DNA from: Bispira polyomma
Taxonomy: Eukaryota
Length of the DNA: 64,000 nucleotides
NCBI GenBank assembly: GCA_965649765.1
Contig: OZ287757.1
Coordinates: 30,132,001 to 30,196,000 of the forward strand
Direction of reading: 5' to 3'
Each line of letters begins with the position of its first letter. Within the stretch, counting starts at the first letter, position 1. Of the stretch, positions 1 through 12,620 are shown one piece after another. The notes beneath the pieces were generated by a model. The model did not search any database. It was not told the origin of the DNA and saw nothing but the letters and a program-made list of their open reading frames with translations. The position numbers and the translations under genes were made by a program.

Positions 1-1810
1 GGACTTTATACATAGTTGCCAGTGGTGCTGTCCCAAGTTTAACAAAAGAAAACTGAAATGAGGGCATTATGACCTGAGATATAAACTACAAGAATCATAA
101 CGTCCCCTAGAGTTTTTGTATAGTTCCAATTTGTGACACTAACAGTTGCAATATTGCCATTTATCTTGGTCTGACCACTGATACCTATTGGATCCTTAGC
201 TTTAGACTCTCAGTATGACTGTACTGCATCTTCATTTCAAGATGCTCCTGCAGCAGGTTATTGCCCTTTTTACTGGAGACAAGACCAAAATCATCTGATC
301 CTTTGTCACAGGCATCTGAAACATCACTAGTAATAATATTTGACTTAATCATATTATCTGATACATTGGGACAGATATCCGACATAACATTAGTTACAAC
401 ATTCGACTTTATAGCAATATTATTTTTCACGTTATCACTTGTACGCTTGTTATAATACTCTATAAATATTGCTTTTCAACAAGTTTACTGTTACTGATAG
501 CAATTACATCACTGTTCTCTTTACCCTTATTTCCTATCTGACTGTTCATGAACTGTGGTTCTGGGTGTCAAATGGACCCTTATTTAGCTATAGGTTGCCC
601 CTCTGCCTGCTTATTATAATTGGCTTTATAGCATTTAAATTCCAGATGGTTCTGTTCTTTGCCCAATACCTTTGCACAATACCAACATTGGTGCTAATAA
701 TTTCCATGGTCTCTCTGATGGTTACACTTCCCATTGTTATATAGTTTACATGTTACCTTGTTTTCACTACTAGTAGGAGTCACGTTAGTACACTGCGTGT
801 GGTTATGACCATTAGCCATAGCTAACTGTGAAGCGTTCAATCTGTTGATTGCCCATCTGGTGCTCTCCTGCCATGATAGCCTACCTTCTTCACTTTCCTG
901 CAATTTAAGAGACCAGGCCGTTCTCACTACGGGCCATGAGAGGGATGCAGCGTCCTGTAAAGTGAAAACCAGTTGGTGTAACATGTCCCTAAGTACAGCG
1001 TTGTCGGCGCCCGGCAGCGTGTTCGATATCTGCCCTGCTGCAAACTGGGGTAACGTAAGATCATCATAAGTTGGGTCTTTTCGTGGTAAGGTCTGTGCTG
1101 TTGAATCTCCCTGACTTAATGCGTGAAGTGAGCTTACCTTGAAGTAACTGTCTCTGTGCTATGGATTCATGCTCTGCTAATTTTCGCGATACAGCTGACT
1201 AGACAGTAGGCATAGCCCTTAACACATCAATGCTAGGAACAATCCCATTCTGTGAATAGTCCTGCTGAGTAGGCACGTTCATAGCCCATAGTGACCTGGC
1301 AATGGTCCGGTAACCGGAAGTGAAACTGTCTCCTGTCTAGCCAGAGGTGGCTGAGGTGGCACGTTCGTAGCCACTAATCGGTGTTGATTAGGCCACTGTC
1401 CGGAGCCCGAGAGTGGAGTCGCTCCCTGGCCAAAGAGAGGCGCCTGTAGTGGAGTCGCGGTTGGAGAAACCCCCAGAGTAGCCGGGGTGGTCGTCGTAGC
1501 TTCTACCCTGTCGATGCGTTCGGATAGTGCAATATTAGACGATTCTAGACATCTTAAGATGGCAATTATCTCGCTCGACTGCTCTTCGCTGGGCGTGTTC
1601 TGGTGTTGGTCACCAAGACTCATGGACACAAGGGGGGTTGTAATACTAAAACTCGTCAGTATACTAGTACCAGGGGTCGGAATGTGTAATGACAAGGTAG
1701 CCATGTACCTTACCGGATCAGTTAACAAAGAACCTAATACCTGTGCGTTTGTAGATTCCTCCTCGTGGGTTTTTTGTTTTGACTGTCGGAGTCTTTGTAA
1801 TTTTCCCCAT
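1..1810 (-). mobile_element. DIRS/Ngaro-like retrotransposon, degenerate gag region and start of pol (continues off the left edge)
   Basis: Broken minus ORFs 1279-1728 and 694-984. The latter (W..VR.AW....E.G.LSW, then CKLYNNGKCNH) matches the gag C-terminus of the YR element at 45836-46099 (FTWQGAKAAH...MERGSLTW). A candidate ATG lies at 1810. Confidence 0.65.
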
Positions 1811-2514
1811 CTTCACAGTTGGACTATACACAGTATGATGAATCACAATAAAATAACACTAAAAACAGACAATAAAATCAAGTTCATACATAAAATTCGT
1901 AAAGTTTGAAAAAAGATAAAAATACTTGTTGCTGCTTGAATCTGATAATGCAATATGGATGTCTGAACATACTTGAACTTAGAAAGGCGGGAATTTTTAG
2001 CCCTCTGATTGGCTTTTACCTAGAGAGATGGTGTTCAAATACAGGTGTTTTGATGTTACATTTTAAAGGTAGAAATAACAAGAAGTTGTTGTGGACTGAA
2101 GTAGCAGGTTCCTAAAGTAACCTTGCTCACCATTGACGCACAAAATTGTCGAAACAAAATGGGAGGTAGTCAACCAAATGCCGACAATGGAAATGCTGGC
2201 ATAGTAACAAAAGGTCTCAACAAGTATGGCAAAGTTCACACATTTCGCCGGTTAAGAGAGAACAATAACTGTCACCTTCCTATTGTTCGGCCCAAAACTA
2301 ACCGTTGAGCCACACCCAAACTCACAAGGTGAAATCACAAGGGAAAATCACAAGGGAAATCTATTATGGTAGGAAGGGTCGGGGGAGAATAATAGTAAAG
2401 GAACAATGAAGTGCATTAGCAGAGAAAAATTGTGTACTAGTATAGAGGTCCAAAAGCCGGGGCAAATCTAGTTGCACAATAGATTTCAGATTCTTCGTCA
2501 GCCGGCTTCAATTA

Positions 2515-3240
2515 GTGTGGCTACTAATGGGGGCCAGGTTTTTTCAGTTAATAGAGACAAAAAGTGACTGCACCTACATGGGGCAGGTTTTCAAAACCAT
2601 TTATTTAACAAGTTTCTTCAGTTTTCTACAACTGTCAAATTTGTGCCCACATTCCATCGCCAGTTTCACTCCGTTGAAGCACCTGGCCAGAGGGGACGTT
2701 CTTTTCACCCCTAGCTATGTAATAATCCTCATTAATTTCACGCAGTAAAATTATTATTTCTGCCAGCCTTATCTAATTCAACACTCTGCCCAGTTGCTGC
2801 TATTAAAACAGTACTGGCCTTCAAACCCCTCTGGTCAGAATGCCCCTTTATTTCAATATAAACTGGCTGGTTCCTGGGTACCAATGACTGACACTCGAGT
2901 TAAACATCATCCTAAAACTATTATGGAAATGCCTACAGTTCCCAAATTTAAAATTTCAGACTTTCCAGCGTTTAGGGGCTATGTTCGCGTTAAATAATAA
3001 CATTCGTCATCAAGACATTTATGGAAATGCCTACAGTTCCCAAATTTAAAATTTCAGACTTTCCAGCGTTTAGGGGCCATGTTCGCGTTAAACAATAACA
3101 TTCGTCATCAAGACATTTAAAGTCATGGCAACTGGATGTCGGACTTTGTCTAGTGATACATAACTGACTCGGCTCTGGTCAACACTCAGGTAGCTGATTC
3201 CTTCTGCTAAGCCCTACAGAATACATCTTAGCGTACATGG
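2515..3240 (+). mobile_element. Tyrosine recombinase 3' fragment of a DIRS/Ngaro-like element (pseudogenised)
   Basis: GQVFKTIYLTSFFSFLQLSNLCPH...HLARGDV, PLFQYK..GSW.PMTDTRV and HGNWMSD align by eye with the YR at 42349-43341 (YKGIFLTGFFGFLRLSN, PLFQCK..QGWQVATDSRV, HGTWTSD). Confidence 0.75.
2921..3118 (+). repeat. 98-bp tandem duplication inside the YR fragment
   Basis: TTATGGAAATGCCTACAG...CAAGACATT starts at 2921 and 3019. The copies are near-identical. Confidence 0.9.
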
Positions 3241-3959
3241 TGTTTGGTGGACTGGGACATCTCATGTCCCCCTGCAAATAAAATAATACATGTATTAATG
3301 CATTTAAATATTTAAATGTGACAGAAAATAAATTATATTCTCTTGGGGCATAAGGTCACCTTACATTGGATAGTACATAATGTACTCATCCACTTCACTT
3401 CTAAATTTAAAATTTAATTTAATTTAAATTAAAAATTTAGTCAACTTTAAAGTAAATTCATACCTGAATTTATGGTAACCTCAAATAAATTCCTTACCTG
3501 AACTTATGGTCACCATAAACTAAAATACTTAACTTATTCTATGGTAACTTTATACCCCCTTCAGCCAAACATAAACTGTTCATAGAAATATAAGAATTCT
3601 ACTAAAATAGTCACTAATAAACTATTTTACCCTAATCTTTTGCTGTGTTTATATATCTTATAAATATTAAAGTATGTGGACTTTACACTGAGAGATGAAT
3701 AAATATACCACCACAAACTAAATGGAAAGATGACTTTTTTGTTATAGGTGCAGTGTCAAATTTGTAAAGTTTTGCTTATGTTAGTCGCTGTGTCTATAAC
3801 AGATGCACATCAATAAAAACATGGATTTTACAGCAATAGAGAACTCGGTCTATTGTGTCGGGTGCTCGACCTTATGTAATATGTTAATAAATGATGTAAT
3901 GTTGTCTGTGTCGAGCACCTTTGTATGTATAAAATGTAGAGGCACTAATGAATATTAAT

Positions 3960-4750
3960 TGCAGTTTCATCTTTCACTGACTTTGAGGGTAGGGAATTGA
4001 TACATCTAAGGTACAGGTCTTCCTATTGGTGCCTTTAAAAAGGATGTTGATACTAAGATCTATTTTTAAGGAGCCTTACCATCTTTGCTGTCGTAGGTCT
4101 GCATCTCGTCCATGGTGTATACATCAAAAAAATTGGCAGTAGATTTCTTGAAAGCCAGTGATTTACACAGCAGAAAACCTTGACAAACTTCTCTGTTCTG
4201 ATTCGTCCACCAGTGAACTTGGTTGATAGTAGTATTGTGAGCTGAGGCTGTCAGCGTTGTTGCACTGATGTTTCGTGAAATTTGATGCAAGGATGTCATC
4301 TATGAATTTGTCAATATTGAATTTTCTGATATTTCGATATTTTATCACACAAGGTTTTTGTGAGGCAGGTACTGGCAAATTTGAATACAAAAAGGTTGCT
4401 AGATGATCCGAGATCAAGTATGTGATTTTAGAGGGGAGTTGAACTGGAGATAAACTGTGAGAAACCAAAAGTGTTAAGGCGGTTGTTGAAATCTTTTGTT
4501 ACAGTATTTTTATGTCGACCTTGATGTTAAAATCACCAAGGGTGACTGCTTCAGATGGGAGAAGGTTAAGGGTCTCAAGGAATTTGGAAAACTCTTGAGT
4601 AAAGGTAGCTAGAGAAGGGATAGGTGGTCGGTAAAAAGAGGAAGCCAGGAATGACTGATAACCATTCGAAATTTTGCATATGATTGATTTAAAAGTCGAA
4701 TAGAACTAATTTTTGAGAATTTCACAGGAAAGAATTTTTTTTACAAAGAT
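3960..4750 (-). mobile_element. L2/CR1 LINE fragment (APE endonuclease end and linker)
   Basis: Minus translation contains FYRPP, LGDFNI, ISDHLA and KYRNIRKFNIDKFIDDI, similar to the L2 copy at 18.5-21.5 kb. Confidence 0.7.
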
Positions 4751-5069
4751 CCTTCTTCCCTTTCACGTAAATAAGTACCGCTATCCCAAACTCATAGGAA
4801 AAAATAGCAAAAATCAATGCCAAGGGCAATTTTTATTAGAGGCAATTATTATTTGAGATTTATGAAATTATGTACTAAATGGCATACAATAATATGTTAA
4901 ATCCTTCTCTCGTGATTTTCAGACATACCTGCAAAACCAAAGATGAAGTTCATACCAAAATCAAGATCATTTGCCATAGCTAATGTGTCTTGAAGGGTTT
5001 TTAGAAACACCATCAATGTAATGACGAAACAATCCAAGGAATCAAAGCTGAATATTCATCCAGATATCA

Positions 5070-5250
5070 AACAAATTGTGTGAAACATACCAGTGCTGGA
5101 ATATGATTACTTGATCCTGGCTTAATGTCCATTTGCAGTAAATGGAAGCGAATATTGGTCCAGGAATGTAACAAATTGTGTGGAACTTACCAGTAATAAG
5201 ACATGATTATTTGATCCGAGCATTTGAATGATTTGCAGTAAATGGAAGAG
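5070..5250 (+). repeat. Degenerate ~100-bp tandem duplication
   Basis: AACAAATTGTGTG..ACCAGT...ATGATTA.TTGATCC...ATTTGCAGTAAATGGAAG occurs twice. Confidence 0.6.
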
Positions 5251-6321
5251 ATCTTGGCAGTCTGTTGATGGTAGCAACTGACAAGTGGTTAAGGATATGT
5301 ACCACCTACCTTTTGCAATTGTAATGCCAACATTCCCACGTAGATGCCAAGGCCTATATTCTAACCCAATGACTGCAGGGGTGAGTGTGTTACCACTGTA
5401 CTACCGAGGTTCCAGTACAAATACAATACAACATTCATTTCACAGTATATCATTTAACCATTCCACCCATTCTTGAATTTTGTATAACAATGTACCCTTT
5501 TATTTGTATTTGTATTCCTATTAATACACTTTTTTATTTACATTTATCCATTAATGATGACCCCATTTATGAATGTCCTGGGAGGTTCTTTAGCTCGTTA
5601 CTGGGGGATAGGTGATCCAGAAGATACACCACCAATTTAAGTGGTTCTCAGACCAACTGGGTATCAGCCTGTATCTGTGAGTGTTTTAATCATATTTTAT
5701 GTGAATCAGTTCAGTAGTTAATTGTGTGTTAAGACTCTGCCGCATTCAAATTGATAGTTATTAGTATCCGTAGCATCAAGCAACTCCTGGTTTGTCGGCT
5801 TTCCATGAATATACCACCCAAACTAACTAATAAGCAAACCAACATGTACACGAGCAAACAATACTGCCTATGCGTACTTGACGGTTGTAATAAAATATGA
5901 CAGAAAAACTGTATTTACTTTGACAGAACTTGTTGATGCTTTTTGACTAGTATTTCCATGTTATAAACCATACTGACATTTGTCATAATGCTGAACCAAG
6001 AAGAAGGAAAACGTTGTTTTTTTTTTGTTTTTTTTTGTTAAAATATTACTAGCACGGTAACATTACCTCATTCCTCTAATAATTATAATATTTATGCCAA
6101 TCTAAAATACCCCAACACACCTATATATTTTAAGCTTATATTTATTCATCTTGACAGGTTAACATTCCCATTCACTCAATTTTAATTTCAAAACTAGAAA
6201 CAACAGGTGTAATCGTCATAACACTTTATGGAAGTTAGCAGTTTGCTTATTGCATTTTATGGTCAAATACTTAACAACATAAAAGTCATTTGAATCCCTT
6301 TTGTCATTATTTGTTCAGATT

Positions 6322-9300
6322 TGTTCAGGTTTGTTTATGTTCCCCATATGATTCAGTACACCAAGGTCAGACTACTATTTATAAAAAACCTGACAGCTTT
6401 CAAATTTGGGGGGTCTCTGTTGTGTACTACAAAATTGTGTGTGTGCTTGGGGTTAATGAGTTTATTTAAACCAGGCCTGAGAGCATTCAACAGTTGGGTG
6501 ACTTTGTCATGTATGTGGGTGTGTTTGGGGACAATGAAATTAAAAACAGGACTGTGGACAAATACTAAGATTATTTATTTATATTTTTCATGTTATGTTT
6601 TTCTTGTAAGTGGGGAGTTAGCATTGTATGGTGAATGGTTCTTACTGACTGAAGATTTCCAAGCCATTTTAAAAGTACAAAATTATATATGCTGTGGGAG
6701 AAGCAAATTAAAAATAAAAGTGACCTTAATTTTAAAGATGAACACCAAAATTTGCAGTCTATATTGTATATATTTAGTACTGTCTGTTTTTCTACATTCT
6801 GCTTTCAGTGGGTTGTTTAAAGTAAAAGATAACAGTTTCAAACTTGTGAATAAATGTATGTCATTCAGAAAACTAATTATGCATGACATGATACAATGTT
6901 TTAAATGGAAACAGTCTCATGGCTATGTTAACATCATAATTTTACTTCCTCTTGAACACTTGAGTGTGTCTGTATATCTATATACTTGTATGTACTCAGT
7001 GCTACAAATCTCTGGGTATATTAAATGGCTGTTCTAAGCAATCTTAAAATTTGTAGTATGAATGTCAGAGGTATAACGAGTAGAAATAAGCGCACTGACC
7101 TTTTTAACTGGTTAAAACAAAAAGACTATTCCATTTACTGTTTAGTAAATATCCATATCGGACAAAATAGAGAACAAATTATTAGTCAAGAATTGGGAGG
7201 TGAAGTTGTACTAAATGCAATTGCATAAGATTCCAGAGGGGTGGCAATAATGTTCGGAAAAAATCTGGATTATAAAATATTGAATGTACATAAAGACACT
7301 ACTGGTAATTTACTGACAGTTAAACTTGATGTAGAAAACAAAATTTTTTTGATTGTAGTTGTGTATGGTCCAAATAACGACTGCCCTCTTTTTTATGAGA
7401 ATATCAAAATGCTATTGGCAAATGAGTCTGATATGCCCATGGTGATGTGTGGTGACTGGAATATCGTTCAAAATTTTGTCAAAGACGCTTTTGGATATGT
7501 CAAAGAAAATAACTTGAAGGCAAAACAGAAGTTAGATGAAATACTTAAAATTTATGATCTAGTAGATACTTGGAGATGTTCAAACCCAGATAAACAATCA
7601 TATACCTGGAAAAATGTAAAACAGCCTAGCCAGATGTCTAGACTTCCTGGTTTCTTCTGACATTCATTCTATTATAACTAAATGTAATATAAAGTATGGA
7701 TATAGGACGGACCATTCTCTTATTGATATTGAACTTAATACTCAAGAAAGTTCTAGAGGAAAAGGGTTTTGGAAATTTAATGTGTCTCTGTTACATGAAC
7801 ATAAATATATAGATATTGTTAAAAATTAAATTAAAAATACTGTGCTTGACTTAACTCAAAATAGTGTGATTTCTTGCTCAACTCAAATGGTGTTTGAGGT
7901 AATGAAATTAAGAATAAGGGGAATTACCATTTCTTATTCTTCCAAAAGAAAAAAAACCATGTTGCAATAGGAAAAAATGTTAGAGTAAAAAATAAAAGAA
8001 ATAGAATCAGAGTTAGATACTGCACTAGAAAAAACTGTATTGATCACTAAATTAGAAAAATATAAAGAAGAGTTAAAAATTGTACGCCAACCAAAAATTC
8101 AAGCAATTATGATGAAATCAAGAGCTCAAATTTATGAACATCATGAAAAACCTTCAACATTCTTCTGTAATTTAGCAAAAAGAAACTACATTAATAAGCA
8201 AATTCTGCAATTGGATGATGAAAACAATGTCATACATGAACAAACCTCAATTTTAAACAACATCAAAAATTATTACAAGAAAGTATATCAATCAAATGAT
8301 ACTTCAAGTGCTTCTGATTATTCGTTAAAATTCCTGAATACAGATAAATTACGAACTTTGAAAGAAAGTGAACAAGAACAATGCGAGGGTTTAATAACTG
8401 AAATTGAAGTAAAGAAAGTTTTGAAACAAATGAAAAATGGCAAAACACCTGGCACGGATGGATTTCCGGCGGAATTTTACAAATTTTTTTGGATGGATAT
8501 TGGAAAATTTGTAGTTGATAGTCTAAATAAATCTTTTGAACATGGAGAACTTTCAATAACTCAAAAGCAAGGTATAATTACACTCTTACCAAAACCTGGT
8601 AAACCAAAAACACTTTTAAAAAATTGACGTCCAATCTCATTGGTCAATACAGACTACAAACTTTTATCGGGTGTACTTGCCATAAGATTGAGAGATATTT
8701 TGCCACGTCTTATCAGTAATGATCAAAAAGGCTTTTTAAAAAATCAGTATATTGGAGAAAATATACGTACTATCTATGATCTCTGCCACTACCTCGATAA
8801 TAAAAAGAAACTAGGATTGTTGTTATTAATAGATTTTGAAAAGGCCTTTGATTCTCTTGAATGGAACTATATTAATAAAGTATTGAAAGCCTATCAGTTT
8901 CGAAATCAGTTCAGAAGGTTGTATAATATCCTGTACAGAGGTGCTTCCAGTTGTGTAATAAATAACGGGTTTTTTACAGATTTTTTCCTGTTGCAAAGGG
9001 GTTGTCGACAAGGGGATCCTCTAAGCCCGTATCTCTTTATTTTAGCCATTAAACCACTTTCAGTTGCTATTAAAAATGATAACAATATAAAAGGCATTAT
9101 AGTTGGAGATAAATGTTGTAAGATTGGCCATTATGCTGATGATACCTTTTTATTGCTTGATGGGAGTGAGGCGTCATTACGTGAAGCAATAATTGTCTTT
9201 GAAGAATTCTTTTACTGTTCTGGACTGAAAATTAACGTTGAAAAAACACAATGTACCTGGCTGGGTAGTGGTAAAAATAAAACTGCTATATGTATTGATC

Positions 9301-11113
9301 TAAATTTAACATGGACTAGAAATTTTAATTTGTTGGGAATAAGATTTAACTGGAATGCCAGAGAAATGATAAACGAAAACTTTAATGAAATAATAAATAA
9401 AATTGAAAAACTTATTGTTCATTATAACAGGTACAACTTATCTATAATAGGTAAAGTAGTGGCAGTTAAAACAATTCTTCTACCAAAATTAGTGTATCCT
9501 TTAACAGTACTTCCTGAGCCACCTCCGAGCATATTTAAAAGGTTAAATCAAATATTGAAAAATTTTGTTTGGGGTAAAAGTGTTCGTATATCTTCTACAC
9601 AGCTAGAGAAAAGAATAAGCGATGGTGGACTGAAACTACCCAACATTATGGTTTTCCAGCGTGCATTGAAGTTAAGCTGGATAAAAAGGTTAATTACATA
9701 TGATGGCACATGGCAACAACTTTTTGAAAGTGAAAACATATGTAAAAATAAAAAGAAATTTTGGTAATTAGATATTGCAACACTTGAAATATACACAGAA
9801 AAAATGAGTAATCCATTTTGGAAAGAAATTGTCACATTCTGGATAGAATATCTACAAAATTGTAAACTACCTATTGACCAATAAAAATTTGATAAATATG
9901 CAAAATTGCCTTCAAACCAAAGGTATTTCATATGTCAATGATCTTTTGGATGAAACAGGTCAATTTTTAGGGTACAGTCAGTTTTGTAAACTATATAAGA
10001 TCAATATAAATTTTGTGGACTTTTATAGTCTCATACATTCTGTACCTAGGCAGTGGAAAATACAATACAATGATAAGTTGAAGAGAAATTTAATTAAACA
10101 AGAACCATTAGAACATTTGTTAAACGTTCCCAAAATTTGCAGAGAAGTTTACTGGACAATTCTTGATAATACCACTGTAGAAAGATCCCATATTTCAAAA
10201 TGGTCAAATGTGCTATGTGAAACCTTAAATACCCAGAATATGTCTGAAATGTATACAGCCAATTTTAGATGCACAATGGAAACAAAAATGAGAGCATTTC
10301 AGTATAAAATTATTCACAGAATACTGCCAACAAATCGGTACCTGAAACTATGTAAATTGAAAGAAACAGACTATTGTTATTACTGTGGTAAAGATGTTGA
10401 AACCATTGAACATTTGTTTTGGTTCTGTCCACGAATAAAGACATTTTGGCATTCTGTAGCTGATAATTTTCCATCAAAATTGCACTTTAAAGAACTTTTA
10501 ACACCTAAAAATGTGCTGTTGGGTAAGACAGGATCCCCACATGAAATGTTAATAAATCATATTTTCAATATTATAAAGAGATATATTTATGTTACCAAAT
10601 GCAATACACAAAATCTTAATGTTAATGCTGTGTTAAATACTATTCAATTTTATTATAACATTGAAAAAGTAACTGTTTTAAATAAAGGAGGTAGCTCAGA
10701 AATCTTAAAAAATAAATGGCAGCCTATAATGTATTTGCTAAAAGATTAGAAATCTGTTGTTTTTTTTTGTCCCCCCCCCCCCCCCTACAAATTATGTGTT
10801 TATAAATTAATATTGTTTCTCAAACAGGAATTTTCAAGCTTCACTTGGTACTAACCATTCAACGTTTTCTGATTGTAATATTCTCTTCGTTTTTGTAATA
10901 ATAATTGATTCAAGTTTAAAAAACCCCTCCCCTCCCCCCCCCAAAAAAGGTATTGTTTTCCTAATTATTTTGTATTGATTAATATCATATGTCAAGGTGT
11001 CTATAATTTTTTTTTTATTGTTAAATATTTTTATTGTGTATTTGTCAGATGTATAATATTATTGTATAATGTGAACTTTTTTATTGGGAAAATAAACCAT
11101 AAAAAAAAAAAAA
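6322..11113 (+). mobile_element. L1/Tx1-clade non-LTR retrotransposon, 5'-truncated (spacer + ORF2 + 3'UTR + polyA)
   Basis: A 16-bp TSD ATTATTTGTTCAGATT lies at 6306-6321 and 11114-11129. AATAAA precedes the polyA at 11101-11113. The empty site is visible in the paralog at ~22336-22352. Confidence 0.92.
7025..10749 (+). pseudogene. LINE ORF2 (APE endonuclease - reverse transcriptase - CCHC zinc finger), interrupted by stops and frameshifts
   Basis: EN motifs SMNVRG, YGPN, CGDWN; RT motifs KTPGTDG, DFEKAFD, GCRQGDPLSP, YADD; C-terminal CYYC-x8-HLFWFC. Confidence 0.92.
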
Positions 11114-11669
11114 ATTATTTGTTCAGATTACATCTGGTGCGATAAAGCTAGATTGCCAACACCATTAAACTAACATCTCTAACTCATGAAGCTGTTTTAT
11201 GGGCCAAACACAAATGTGTATCAACACAGGAATGGTGGGGTTGAATGAATGTTCTGTGGAAAATATGTTGTGTTCTGTGTACATTTTAAAACAACCCAAA
11301 TATAATGTACAATACATTGTATAAAGCAATATGTTACCACATATCATATTCTGCCTTAAGTTACTTCAGGTAGTTTTACAATATCACCTAACATTTGTCA
11401 GATGCACACATTGTTTTATGATAAAAAAACATCAATAACTTCAATACATATTGTGGTATTAATACCCACAACCATTCTCTCGCAGTACAAACCGGTGACC
11501 GGTGCTTCGTGTTTGTGAAAGATTTTTCTTCTAATATGCCTTCAATACATTATAGCATAACATGGTTTTGTATGTGATGATCCAAAACTGTGGAATAGTT
11601 TACCCGTCAAGTAGAACTACCACACTTCAGGGCCGCAGTGACCTGGTGGTTAAGCGCCCTTGTTTCAAA

Positions 11670-12620
11670 ATAAAGGAATAACATATGGTAAAGCATGATA
11701 TACAGTAATGTTTACCATGATTGGAGGCGTTGTAACATAAAGGAAAATAGTGGTCAAAATTACTGTTATGGTCACGGGAGCAAGCGCAGTAGCAATTACC
11801 GGTTGCTTTGAGGTTGTAACAGGAAAAGACAAAAAGTTTCACTTAACAAATTTATTTAACAAATAAAATAACAATTACAAAATTACAGAATTACAGTCAA
11901 CTGAGATACTCTTGATAGTTCATACAATAATACAATAATGAAACCAATCTGACCTGACCACAGTCCTGTCCACATAAATAACAGTTAAAAAAGTTTGTCC
12001 ACTGTATCCAGCAATTTGTCTTGAGATCCGCTCGGTGTCCACACAATGCCTGTATCCTGTTATCTGTTTGGTGTCAAAAAAACACAAAATGTATTTATCC
12101 CGAGAGTCTGTACAACTAAGCTATCCAGTCTAGGATGCAAAAATATCCGATATGCAGCAAATCCAATCTCTGGTAGATCCACAACTTTATATCCAGTTCA
12201 CTCCAATGAGTTCACCATAAAATGTATATAATAATCAGTTTATATCCACAGGAAAAGAAATAAAATGTTTTACAGTATAGCAGTTCATATAGCACACCAA
12301 CTCAATAAACTCTAGTCTGTGGCCAGGCTGTCAACCCTTATATATACAACTGCTAGAGAAGACTCTAGAGTCTGTAAATAATTTCTAGAACATTGCAGAT
12401 TAAAAATGTAAACAAATTCAGACAACTTCAATAACAACAGAAACAAAATAGAACCAGCTTCTAAAAGCTTTGGGGTTCCCCCAAATCTATAAATAGATCA
12501 CTCTAGCAGAGTGTAAGAATCATTAGTACTAACTAGACCGGTTCTGCTTTAACACACCACAATATCCTTATATGTAACATTACCTTATACCATGCTTTGG
12601 AATGTGTTATTCCTATTTTA
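11670..12620. mobile_element. Small MITE-like inverted-repeat element interrupted by a solo LTR
   Basis: AGGAATAACATATGGTAAAGCATG at the left and CATGCTTTGGAATGTGTTATTCCT at the right. The uninterrupted paralog is at ~39280-39425, and a related end is at ~53075-53100. Confidence 0.6.
11764..12579 (-). mobile_element. Solo LTR (Gypsy-type, 816 bp)
   Basis: TGTTA...TAACA termini and a 4-bp TSD TTAC (11760-11763, 12580-12583). It is absent from the paralogous site at ~39385-39395. TATA-like and AATAAA motifs are on the minus strand. Confidence 0.85.

Noticed and set aside
6321-7037. 238-aa ORF as LINE ORF1
   Set aside because: It starts at TTG, is an AT-rich Leu/Phe/Cys-biased read-through with no ORF1 motifs, and overlaps the ORF2 start. 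It is the inter-ORF spacer.
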